From a virus (taxonomy: Duplodnaviria > Caudoviricetes): 28,894 bases of DNA. Positions 14,520-23,354 of the stretch are shown here, piece by piece. Every line of letters begins with the position of its first letter. Position 1 is the stretch's first letter. The DNA lies in the IMG/VR virus record IMGVR_UViG_3300023294_000070, positions 1-28,894 of that record. One strand, 5' to 3'. Both the position numbers and the translations under genes were made by a program. The notes under the pieces are model-generated. The model saw nothing but the letters and a program-made list of their open reading frames with translations. It made no database searches and had not been told where the DNA came from.

Positions 14520-16587
14520 CGGATCAACAGAGCCCCGCTTACTTCCCATGTGGGTGACTGGCCAGTCTGCAAATCATACCCGGTACGTTTACCGAAAGAC
14601 CCAGCGTAAGACGTGGCAATGGCGGCTCCCGCTTGGCAATCTGACTTACGCAAATCAGAAGGATCTAGAGAACTTCTTTACCGATTCTGTCAAAGGTCCG
14701 ACAAATACTTTTACGCTAACTTACACAGATGGGACTGTCTATGCGGGTGTTCGATTCATTGATACGGAATTGCGCTGGCAGCGTGATGATTCCAACACTT
14801 TCAGCACTACGATTACTCTTGAATTACAAGGGCAACCAGGAGCGTCTGGGACGACCACCACGACAACGACTACGACAACCACGACCACAACAACCACGAC
14901 TGCGGAGCCGACGACGACACCCCAGCCGACAACGACCGAAGGGGCGACAACAACCACGACCACCACAACAACGCTCGCGCCCGCAACGACGGCTGAGCCG
15001 ACCACGACGGGTGAACCCACGACAACAGAAGGCGCGACGACGACAGGTGATCCAACCACAACGGATGGCCCGACCACGACTGATGGCGGGACTACCACAA
15101 CGGGCGAACCGACAACGACAGCCGAGCCGACGACGACCGAAGGCGGCACGACCACTGAGGGTGGGACTACTACAACGACCACCACAACAACGCTCGCGCC
15201 CGCAACGACCACCACAACAACGCTCGCGCCCGCAACGACTACCACGCTGGGACCGGCAACGACAACCACAACGGGAGCACCTGAGGCATTCGGGGCGTGC
15301 ATCTCGTGTGACGAAGATGGCGACGAAGTGTTTTATGATGCCCTGAGCTACAGTGTCAGCAGCTTAGATTCTGAGACTGCTTGGACTGATAAAGATGGCG
15401 GTACTTCAAACTTCACATTCAAGGCGGGTAGCGGCTATGCGTTCGCGGTCAATTCCGACGATGGAACGAACGGTCCCTATCGCGCTTTATGTAAGTCAAA
15501 CTCTGGCGATGACAGCTATGACTTCACGGTGTGTGCCAGTATTAAAATTCCATCGGCCCTGACGAATAGTGAGCGTGCTGGTTTCTTCTTCCGGTACGTT
15601 GACAGTGACAATTACCTGCTTGCCATTATGGACCCCGACACAAACAAGATCCAGCTACGAAAGATGGTAAGTGGCACAGAAACGCTGGTCAGCGAAGCAG
15701 CCTTCACCTGTGATGATGGTGGGTTCCACATTCTGAAGCTGGTTGTTTTTCACGACACATTCCTGCTGTCGGCAGACGGAACACTTCTTTACGAAGCCGA
15801 TTCAGGGATCACTTTCAATCGCGGTTCTACCGTGCATGGGATTTATAATTCGCGATCATCGGGAGCCACCTCTACATCGTCTGATTCTGTACTGTTCAAT
15901 TATTATCGGTATGACAATTTCAGAACGACTCTGAATGACAACTTCACTGGAAGCGGCGACCTAACTGCCCACGTTCCAGACACGGCGTTAGTCGGTGCGG
16001 AATGGCATGGTGCTGCTTATGAAATCGACACGGTTTACGCGGCACGGACGGCAACGGGCGACGACATTGCACTGGCTGTGATTGACAGCGGCGTGGACGT
16101 GTCTCAGGACTGCTGTGTCATGAGGATTCAATCCAATATGCAGGTGGCAGTTACGGTTGGCGGCAAGGTCGGAATCGTGTTTCGATACTTTGACAGCTCC
16201 AACTATTACGTTGCATACCGGGACAGCGTGAATGACGTGTTGGTGCTGCAAAGGGTGACGGGCGGGGAAGCGACTACTATCGGCTCTTATTCCGTAACTG
16301 TGGGTGGTGCTGAGTCGGGGTTCGGAGGGCTCGCCATTTATGACGATGGATCTACTATCATCGTGAGTGGTGGTGATGCTGGATTAGCACTCATAACAGC
16401 TACGAATGAAACGCTGTTTAATGACCAAACCAGAGTCGGACTGTATTCGGCACCAGAATCAAGCGGTTGGTCTACGTCAGGAAGTCGGCATGATTATCTG
16501 ACGGTTAAGTACATGGGGCCTGAGCCTGCTTTAGTCGCAGCGACAACCACAACGACTTCCGCAGCCACGACGACGGGGGCGCCGTAA
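14455..16587 (+). CDS. Distal-tail (Dit / lambda gpM-like) protein fused to a mucin-like Thr-rich stalk and two ConA/DUF1080-like beta-sandwich domains
   Basis: N-terminal ~125 aa with LENFF..VKGPTNTFTLTYTDG..VRF; Thr tract; two related domains containing AGFFFRYVDSDNY and VGIVFRYFDSSNYY. Confidence 0.7.
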   Translation: MSGQVSITLNDGTDSVEIAGPDGSTEPRLLPMWVTGQSANHTRYVYRKTQRKTWQWRLPLGNLTYANQKDLENFFTDSVKGPTNTFTLTYTDGTVYAGVRFIDTELRWQRDDSNTFSTTITLELQGQPGASGTTTTTTTTTTTTTTTTTAEPTTTPQPTTTEGATTTTTTTTTLAPATTAEPTTTGEPTTTEGATTTGDPTTTDGPTTTDGGTTTTGEPTTTAEPTTTEGGTTTEGGTTTTTTTTTLAPATTTTTTLAPATTTTLGPATTTTTGAPEAFGACISCDEDGDEVFYDALSYSVSSLDSETAWTDKDGGTSNFTFKAGSGYAFAVNSDDGTNGPYRALCKSNSGDDSYDFTVCASIKIPSALTNSERAGFFFRYVDSDNYLLAIMDPDTNKIQLRKMVSGTETLVSEAAFTCDDGGFHILKLVVFHDTFLLSADGTLLYEADSGITFNRGSTVHGIYNSRSSGATSTSSDSVLFNYYRYDNFRTTLNDNFTGSGDLTAHVPDTALVGAEWHGAAYEIDTVYAARTATGDDIALAVIDSGVDVSQDCCVMRIQSNMQVAVTVGGKVGIVFRYFDSSNYYVAYRDSVNDVLVLQRVTGGEATTIGSYSVTVGGAESGFGGLAIYDDGSTIIVSGGDAGLALITATNETLFNDQTRVGLYSAPESSGWSTSGSRHDYLTVKYMGPEPALVAATTTTTSAATTTGAP
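14851..15273 (+). repeat. Coding low-complexity repeat: poly-Thr with TTTAEP/TTTGEP/TTTEG/TTTTTLAPA units
   Basis: Starts with 17 consecutive Thr codons using all four ACN. Exact 30-nt-period tandem at 15173-15239 with a third copy at 14956-14990. Confidence 0.95.
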
Positions 16588-19500
16588 TGAGTTCTACCAT
16601 CCACGCGCTCAGGGCAATCGTCAGCACGAAAACGGGTTCGTTCGTTCGTGGCATGAAAGCCGCGATCATGGCGACCAGGCAACTGCGTACACAGTGGGTG
16701 TCTGCTGCAAGAGACACGGCTTCGGCTGGGGCAAGGATCGTCGCCGTCATTGGTGCCATTGGCCTGATCTCTGCCAGTACGTTTGCGAAGTTCGAGCAGA
16801 CGATGACGCGGGTTGGTGCTGTTACAAAGACTCTGGGAACTCGTGACTTCGCATTACTGGAGAAAGCAGCACGCGAGGCCGGAAAAACCACAAAGTTTTC
16901 TGCGACTCAATCCGCAGAGGCTATGGAGAACCTAGGGCTGGCCGGCCTTAAAACAAATGAGATCATGAAGGCCCTGCCAGGCACGCTTCAATTAGCATCT
17001 GCCGCGCAACTGTCGATTGGTCAGGCCGCAGACATTGCAGCAAAAACCATGCGTGCTTATGGCATGGAAGCGGAAGAACTGACGCGCATCAATGACACGC
17101 TCGTTGCGACGTTTACAACGTCCAATACCGATTTGGTCCAGCTGGCAGAAGCACTAAAGCCTGTAGGCCCACTGGCAAGGACATTGAATGTCTCACTGGA
17201 AGAGACTTCGGCGGTGCTTGCGAAACTCGCCGACAAAGGCTACCAAGGATCGCTTGGAGGCACAGCCTTACGCAATATTCTAGCAAAACTTGCTGGTGCT
17301 GCTCCCGAAGTTACGAACAAACTGCGCAGGATGGGGATTGAGACCCTCGACGCATCCGGCAACATGCGGCCTCTGTTTGACATCCTGCAGGAGATTGAAG
17401 CTGCTGGGATGTCGGGTGGTAAAATCATGGAGCTGTTTGGGGCGCGTGGTGGCCCCCAGATGGCTGCTCTGTTGTCAACGGGAACAGCAGAACTCAGACG
17501 TTACACTCATGAGCTGGAAAACAATCAGGGTATTGCCCGGGAACTCGAGCAGTCGAATTTGAAGACACTGGCCGGTCGTTACGCCATCCTAAAGTCTTCT
17601 GTTAAAGATGTGGTTATATCGGTTGGCAAGAAGCTGAATCCGACACTGCTGCAGACGATTTCGACGATAGAAAAATATCTCGACGCACACCGAACAGATA
17701 TCGTTGAGAAAATGTCCGGTGTGGTCATTGGCCTTGTTAAGGCGATTGGCGATGTAGTTGTCTGGCTCGATAAAGCAGCACCAGCATTTAGCGAAGCCTA
17801 TTCCATGATGAAAAAATTCATGGGTCCGGTTATTGAATTTCTCCTGAATAATCCAAGGTTGCTATCTGCACTGATGGCCTTGAAGCTCGCTGCCACGTTG
17901 GGTGTTACGCAGGCGATAACGAGTCTGGGGACAGCATTGATCAGCACAGGCAACGCCTTGGTTTCTATGGGGAGTTCCTCAGTGCTGGCAGGAACGAAAC
18001 TGGGCGGGATGCTGACAGCAACCAACCTTCTGAAGGGTGGGTTGGTCGCTCTCGGACTGGCACTGATTGCGCTCGGTGCTAAGTATATTTACGACAATAA
18101 CGAGTTCATCAAGAAGTGGAACGAAGAGACTGAGCGGGCTATTCAGCTAAACAGCGAACTGCAACGAATCACTGACAAAAGGTTTAATCGAAAGTTAAAT
18201 AACATCCTCTCTATAGAAGACCCTACAGTTCGCATCGAGAAACTGAAAGAGATTCTAAAAGAAACAAACAACCAAGCAGGCTCTTATCAAAAGCAGATAG
18301 AAGCTGCGCAGAAAAGAGTTGAAAGGCTGGATGTTGCCTGGAGAAGGTTGTCTGGAAACGGAATCCTGAAGGGGGCGAAGGAAGAGCTTGAAGAGCTGAA
18401 TGAAGGTCTTAAGAAGGTACAACAGACACGGGATGGCCTCGCTGGCCATATCGGCGATGCCAGCTTCGAGATGGAAAAAAACCAGCGTAAGCCGCAGCAG
18501 AAAGGTGCTGGCCCCGGTAATGTCGGTGCGTTCGACGATTCAGACCAGCCCGCTATTAACATGCCGTCTGAAGTCGAATTGAAACAGGGTGAAATTTCGG
18601 ACATCCTTAGAGATGCAAAGCGTGATCAGGTTGACCAGAAGACGCCAGGGTTTTCAAGGATTCGAGACTTTATTGATTTGGGACCAACGCAAGAGCAGTT
18701 TCGTGAGTTCCTTGGAACCGTCGAAGGGATGACGCCTCGTTTGCAGTCTACGTTCTCAAACGTATTTAGTCGCCTGCAGGCCGAAGGGCAACTTACAAAT
18801 GAGAATATGGACATACTCGCACAGCGTGCTGCAATGCGAGCCAATGAAGTCATTACCAAAGAACAGGAGAAAGAGCAAAAGCAAAAGCAGGTACAAGACG
18901 CGTTGGATAAGTCGCTGGATAATCTAGGACAAAAGTTAATGGGGTTAAAAGCGGAACTTCCTAACGAAGAGTTTAGTTCGCTTGCTTCTAGATTTATCAG
19001 CCTACGACAGATGCTGTTCTCTGGGAAAATTGGACTGCAGCAATACGAAAGCGGAATCGCTTCACTAACGAATCAGACTCAGAAGGCTGCTGAAGCTGCA
19101 AACGAGGCAGCCGCAGCCGAAGAACGCAAACGATTGATCCAAGGCAAGTTCAGCCAGAAGGATTTCAAGACCGCTCTGGAAGATCGCATCATCGCATTCA
19201 GACAGCAGCAGTTTTCGAATGCTGTTGAACAATCATTCAATGCCTTATTCGGTTTTAACAACCAGGTCGGTTCTGTCACGGAAGGATTTGGCAAGCTTCG
19301 CACTGGTCTTGATGGATTTGGAGAGCGTCTTGGTTCTGCTGCTTCTGGGATCTCGCAGAGTTCCGAGCAGGCAATGCAAACGCTGAGATCGTTCTATTCA
19401 TCGGCACAGGGACAGGCCGCGAATCTTCGTAATCAGATCACGCAACTTGAGCAGAATATGACGCTGGTGGATACGTACTCCGCGCGTAAGCGAATCCAGG

Positions 19501-19736
19501 ACATGATTGACAACCTGTTTAATCAGATCGACACCATCACGCAGGCACCACCACCAACCTTTTCCGGCGTGACGAATTCCAGTCTGTTTAATGATCCGGG
19601 CCTGCAGACTGTAAAAACTCAGACGAATAAGATCGATCTCAATTTCCCGAACATCACAAAGCTGAATCAGAATGACATTCCAAACATCTATGATGCTCTT
19701 GAGCAAGAAGGCAAAAGACGGGGGAAATCGTTTTAA
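16587..19736 (+). CDS. Tail tape measure protein (TP901-type core)
   Basis: 1049 aa; FEQTMTRVGAV, TKFSATQSAEAMENLGLAG, SNTDLVQLAEALKPVGP and GSLGGTALRNI motifs; hydrophobic middle, coiled-coil C-terminal half. Confidence 0.95.
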   Translation: MSSTIHALRAIVSTKTGSFVRGMKAAIMATRQLRTQWVSAARDTASAGARIVAVIGAIGLISASTFAKFEQTMTRVGAVTKTLGTRDFALLEKAAREAGKTTKFSATQSAEAMENLGLAGLKTNEIMKALPGTLQLASAAQLSIGQAADIAAKTMRAYGMEAEELTRINDTLVATFTTSNTDLVQLAEALKPVGPLARTLNVSLEETSAVLAKLADKGYQGSLGGTALRNILAKLAGAAPEVTNKLRRMGIETLDASGNMRPLFDILQEIEAAGMSGGKIMELFGARGGPQMAALLSTGTAELRRYTHELENNQGIARELEQSNLKTLAGRYAILKSSVKDVVISVGKKLNPTLLQTISTIEKYLDAHRTDIVEKMSGVVIGLVKAIGDVVVWLDKAAPAFSEAYSMMKKFMGPVIEFLLNNPRLLSALMALKLAATLGVTQAITSLGTALISTGNALVSMGSSSVLAGTKLGGMLTATNLLKGGLVALGLALIALGAKYIYDNNEFIKKWNEETERAIQLNSELQRITDKRFNRKLNNILSIEDPTVRIEKLKEILKETNNQAGSYQKQIEAAQKRVERLDVAWRRLSGNGILKGAKEELEELNEGLKKVQQTRDGLAGHIGDASFEMEKNQRKPQQKGAGPGNVGAFDDSDQPAINMPSEVELKQGEISDILRDAKRDQVDQKTPGFSRIRDFIDLGPTQEQFREFLGTVEGMTPRLQSTFSNVFSRLQAEGQLTNENMDILAQRAAMRANEVITKEQEKEQKQKQVQDALDKSLDNLGQKLMGLKAELPNEEFSSLASRFISLRQMLFSGKIGLQQYESGIASLTNQTQKAAEAANEAAAAEERKRLIQGKFSQKDFKTALEDRIIAFRQQQFSNAVEQSFNALFGFNNQVGSVTEGFGKLRTGLDGFGERLGSAASGISQSSEQAMQTLRSFYSSAQGQAANLRNQITQLEQNMTLVDTYSARKRIQDMIDNLFNQIDTITQAPPPTFSGVTNSSLFNDPGLQTVKTQTNKIDLNFPNITKLNQNDIPNIYDALEQEGKRRGKSF

Positions 19737-22474
19737 TGGCTAGGACGCTCGCATCTGCAACAGAGACGGAGAAAGAGAAAGTCGCAGGGGCATTCCCGCG
19801 ATACATCCTGCAGGTTGATTTTGGTGGCGAAGTCGGCATCAAATATTATTCAGAAGAACTTTTGCACGGTCCGGTTCTGTGCGAGGGTCGCATCGATAGC
19901 TGGGGAGAATTACGACTCAACGCAGAACCGGGCAAGATCGGTGGATTTGATCAACTGACAATCACGTTTAACGATGCTGACAGAGAGTTGCGAACGCTGT
20001 TTGAAACTTATCCGGGTGTGCAAAATAAAATTGCCTATGTCTATCTCTGGTTTGATGGGACTGCATGGGCTGACAAACTGGTTATGTTTGCTGGGATTCT
20101 GACAACCCCGCTGTCATGGACAGAGAACAATGTGCAATGGTCCGTCAGTATGAAGGGCTTGCAGGAGCACTTTGATAAATCAATCGGGCGACTGATCAGC
20201 CAAGACGACTTCCCAGAGGTGAACTGCTCAAGCTGTGACGGAAAGATGATGCCGATTGTTTACGGCAATCCGTGCAAGCGTGTTCCCGCATGTGTGATTG
20301 ATCGACCTGGAGAGGGGTATCTTGGATCAGCGTTTGGCCAGCAGGATGAAACTGTCGTTATCCACGACGAAGCGAGCAAGCTGTATTTTACAACTGGATC
20401 ACAAATAACTTTGATTATCGGTTACCCAAATAACTTTGAGTCAGTTGTGGGCAGTTTTGCGAATGAGACATCACGGTTTTTTAATGTGACATCCAGAAGC
20501 AGCATCCTTTACAGCGGCAATGTATCGGGCATATACGCAGCAGAAGGCCAGCGATACATCATGATCAATCAATCAGTCCTCGCAGATCCCACGTTTACCC
20601 TCAGGGGCAATCCGCTCTGGTTGAACAATGGCAGCGGCTGGTATGAAACGATGATTACAACCTGGGATTATCAAGGAAGCCAGGTTGCGATAGTTCAAGA
20701 GCCTCCTGACTTTACGGCCAGTTCGTCAACAGAATTTAAAATCGGTTCAGTTGCTCAGACTAAATTTAATTGGACTCCTGGCGCACCCGTTTACGAACTT
20801 GGGACTTTCAAATACCTACTAAACTATTTGCCATCAGAGGAAGTCGTGAGGATCGAGGCTCTTGCATCATCAGGGTCTGCAGGAGGTGGCCAAACAAGGG
20901 ATGTGTTTTTAACTTACAACACAAATGCCTATTCGGTAAACCTGAACGACAAGAGCCACAACGCGACGATCGGTAGGGAAACTGACGATCCCGGCCTGAC
21001 TACGCTGACGCTTAATTCACCTCCAACTGTTTACGGTTTTCCTGAAGAAACAATCTATGCCACAATCAAAGGTATTATGAACGATGAAGGCGATGCGATC
21101 GAAGATCCTGCCGACATCATGAAGCATATTTTAGAGAGTCCGTTCATAGGCAACATTGCAGACGAGTACATTAACAACGATTCATTTTCCCTTGCTGCCA
21201 GCCAGGTTGTTACCAAGATGGGATTTGCAATCCGGGAAGAAAAGAAACTCAATGAACTGATCAGCGAGCTGGCAATGCAATCGAACTGCATTGCTTTCTG
21301 GGATACAGGCCAGATTTATTTACGGTATTTAGAAAGCGATTATTCTAACCATCAGGCAGTGCTGAACCCAGACAATGTACTTAATGGCTCGCTTTCAATC
21401 GAGATGACGCCTGTTAAAGACTATCCGACTGAGATCGTTTCGAAGTTTCGACAGGCTATTCCGAGCCCGGAGCAAAGGCTATCGCGGTCGAGCGATGAAG
21501 CGATCGCGTCTTTTGAAAAGAAGCGAACCGAGATGGATCTCTGGGCTTATCAGTACCCGACGTCCGTTGCGATCGTTACCGAGAATTGGCTGCTCTACCG
21601 TCTGAAAATGAACAAGTTGATCAAGATCAGTTCGTTCCTGAATTGCTCACACGTACAACCGGGAGATGTTGTGCTGCTGAATTACGCCGACGGAAACGGA
21701 GGATTGGTCTTAGACGCAACCTATGGTCGCGTGCGGTCTATCTCTCATAGGTTCGGTCAAGTCGAACAGGGAACAATCGACTCAATTGGCATGGTCGTTG
21801 AAACAAACCTCTGGCCATCCACCGTAAATGTATCTACGCCGGAGGATCAAGTCTGCGCAAGAATTATCGGCAATGCTGAAGATGGCGGCAGGGGGAATCC
21901 AGATTTTCCATCCGTGGGAGTTCCGGTCACAACGACGGGTGAGCCAACAACGACAACGACAGGTGAGCCGACAACGACGGCGCCGGGGACAACAGTCGCG
22001 CCGACGACAACGGCGAGTCCGTTTCCTGCAATTTGGTGTGGTCTGCCGATGACCCCAGGAAATCCACCAGTTGTAAATCCCGGCGCAACGTGCGGGCTTG
22101 ACTTTAGTGATTTTGTATCTGATGGTTGTGTCAGTCCTGAAACAGAGGCAGCATTTGCAACAAATCATACCTTTGGTGTGGCTGATGTAGTGCACACATT
22201 TTTTAGACAAATCAGTTTTCAAAAAGAAATCGGAATCTATGGTAATATCACAATGAACTTTGGGTGTTACTCTCCATCGCATGTTTCCGTTGGAATAATC
22301 ATTATTATGTATGAAACCCATGACCCTTACGGTCCGGAACATATCGTAACGTATGAACTTCAAACGTCAGCCGGTGGCCTATGGGCAAGTGGAACCGCAG
22401 ACGTCAATGCGTTACCAATTCCGAATCTATGCGGAAACATTCCGGAAACAGTTGATTTCACAGCAGGGGGTTAG
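19736..22474 (+). CDS. Tail hub / central tail-tip protein with Thr-rich linker and C-terminal accessory domain
   Basis: 912 aa directly after the tape measure (TAATG coupling); MPIVYG, IEDPADIMKHIL, AFWDTGQIYLRY and VQPGDVV motifs typical of hub proteins. Confidence 0.75.
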   Translation: MARTLASATETEKEKVAGAFPRYILQVDFGGEVGIKYYSEELLHGPVLCEGRIDSWGELRLNAEPGKIGGFDQLTITFNDADRELRTLFETYPGVQNKIAYVYLWFDGTAWADKLVMFAGILTTPLSWTENNVQWSVSMKGLQEHFDKSIGRLISQDDFPEVNCSSCDGKMMPIVYGNPCKRVPACVIDRPGEGYLGSAFGQQDETVVIHDEASKLYFTTGSQITLIIGYPNNFESVVGSFANETSRFFNVTSRSSILYSGNVSGIYAAEGQRYIMINQSVLADPTFTLRGNPLWLNNGSGWYETMITTWDYQGSQVAIVQEPPDFTASSSTEFKIGSVAQTKFNWTPGAPVYELGTFKYLLNYLPSEEVVRIEALASSGSAGGGQTRDVFLTYNTNAYSVNLNDKSHNATIGRETDDPGLTTLTLNSPPTVYGFPEETIYATIKGIMNDEGDAIEDPADIMKHILESPFIGNIADEYINNDSFSLAASQVVTKMGFAIREEKKLNELISELAMQSNCIAFWDTGQIYLRYLESDYSNHQAVLNPDNVLNGSLSIEMTPVKDYPTEIVSKFRQAIPSPEQRLSRSSDEAIASFEKKRTEMDLWAYQYPTSVAIVTENWLLYRLKMNKLIKISSFLNCSHVQPGDVVLLNYADGNGGLVLDATYGRVRSISHRFGQVEQGTIDSIGMVVETNLWPSTVNVSTPEDQVCARIIGNAEDGGRGNPDFPSVGVPVTTTGEPTTTTTGEPTTTAPGTTVAPTTTASPFPAIWCGLPMTPGNPPVVNPGATCGLDFSDFVSDGCVSPETEAAFATNHTFGVADVVHTFFRQISFQKEIGIYGNITMNFGCYSPSHVSVGIIIIMYETHDPYGPEHIVTYELQTSAGGLWASGTADVNALPIPNLCGNIPETVDFTAGG
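21929..22018 (+). repeat. Second Thr/Pro-rich coding tract TTTGEPTTTTTGEPTTTAPGTTVAPTTTAS
   Basis: Read directly from the sequence; shares the TTTGEPTTT unit with the Dit-like protein. Confidence 0.9.
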
Positions 22475-22475
22475 G

Positions 22476-23354
22476 TTGAAGAAAAAACTCACAATTGGAA
22501 TGGCGGTCTATGATGATGTGCGGGGCGTCTGGTTCACGATTCAGGACATCAGGAAGCACTACCCTGAATTGATGGATCAAGTCGAGTTCATCGTCGTTGA
22601 CAACAATCCGAATTCCAGCCACGGCGAAGCCACGAAGGATTATGTCGAGAACTGGGTAAACAACGGGCGATACATCCCGTTCGAAAAAGGCGGGACCGCA
22701 GCGCCACGGGATCACATCTTCCGGGTCGCAAGCACACCGGCAGTGCTTTGTATGGACTCGCATGTGCTGCTTGATAAGGACGTGTTGCCCCGACTGCTGG
22801 CGTGGTACGACCTGCACCCCGAAACAAAGGATCTGCTTCAAGGCCCGATGCTGTATGACGGTTTGGACGGCAACATGGCAACGCACATGAATGAAGTCTG
22901 GCGGGCCGGGATGTATGGCACATGGGGATCTGACCCGCGTGGGCATAACCCCTATAGCCCACCGTTCGAAATCCGAATGCACGGACTCGGGCTATTCAGT
23001 TGCCGCAAGGATGCCTGGCTGGGCTTTAATCCCGACTTCAAAAAGTTCGGCGGCGAGGAAGGATACATTCACGAAAAGTACCGAACGCACGGGCGTAAAA
23101 CATGGTGCCTGCCGTTCCTGCGCTGGAATCACTGCTTCATCCGACCGGGAGGCCCGAAGTACCCTATCTGCAATTCGTACAAGCTGCAGAATTATCTGAT
23201 CGGCTGGCGGGAACTCGGGATGAACCTCGACGATCCGGTTAATCATTTTCGCCTGTATATGGATGACGCGGAAATCAGACGCATCATTCAAAGCCTGGGA
23301 ATCGATTACGAATTAAAACCGAAAGTGAAACATGAAAACGCTGTGCCAGTGTAA
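22476..23354 (+). CDS. Glycosyltransferase, GT-A fold (GT2-like)
   Basis: LTIGMAVYDD, EFIVVDNNP, CMDSH (DxH variant of DxD), LGFNP..FGGEEGY. TTG start at 22476, 1 nt after the hub stop, preceded by AGGGGG. Confidence 0.85.
   Translation: MKKKLTIGMAVYDDVRGVWFTIQDIRKHYPELMDQVEFIVVDNNPNSSHGEATKDYVENWVNNGRYIPFEKGGTAAPRDHIFRVASTPAVLCMDSHVLLDKDVLPRLLAWYDLHPETKDLLQGPMLYDGLDGNMATHMNEVWRAGMYGTWGSDPRGHNPYSPPFEIRMHGLGLFSCRKDAWLGFNPDFKKFGGEEGYIHEKYRTHGRKTWCLPFLRWNHCFIRPGGPKYPICNSYKLQNYLIGWRELGMNLDDPVNHFRLYMDDAEIRRIIQSLGIDYELKPKVKHENAVPV

Noticed and set aside
14851-15273. Possible CRISPR array or non-coding tandem repeat
   Set aside because: No constant repeat with unique spacers; the repeats are in frame within a coding gene.
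14739-15302. Minus-strand poly-Val ORF and +strand alternate-frame Arg/Pro/Gln ORF (14729..15346)
   Set aside because: Shadows of the ACN Thr repeat, which lacks stops in those frames; no independent support.
22020-22474. Diversity-generating retroelement target at the hub C-terminus
   Set aside because: No reverse transcriptase or template repeat seen in this window.
22353-22475. N-terminal extension of the first glycosyltransferase
   Set aside because: Overlaps the hub gene; the GT-A first strand (LTIGM) begins right after TTG 22476.
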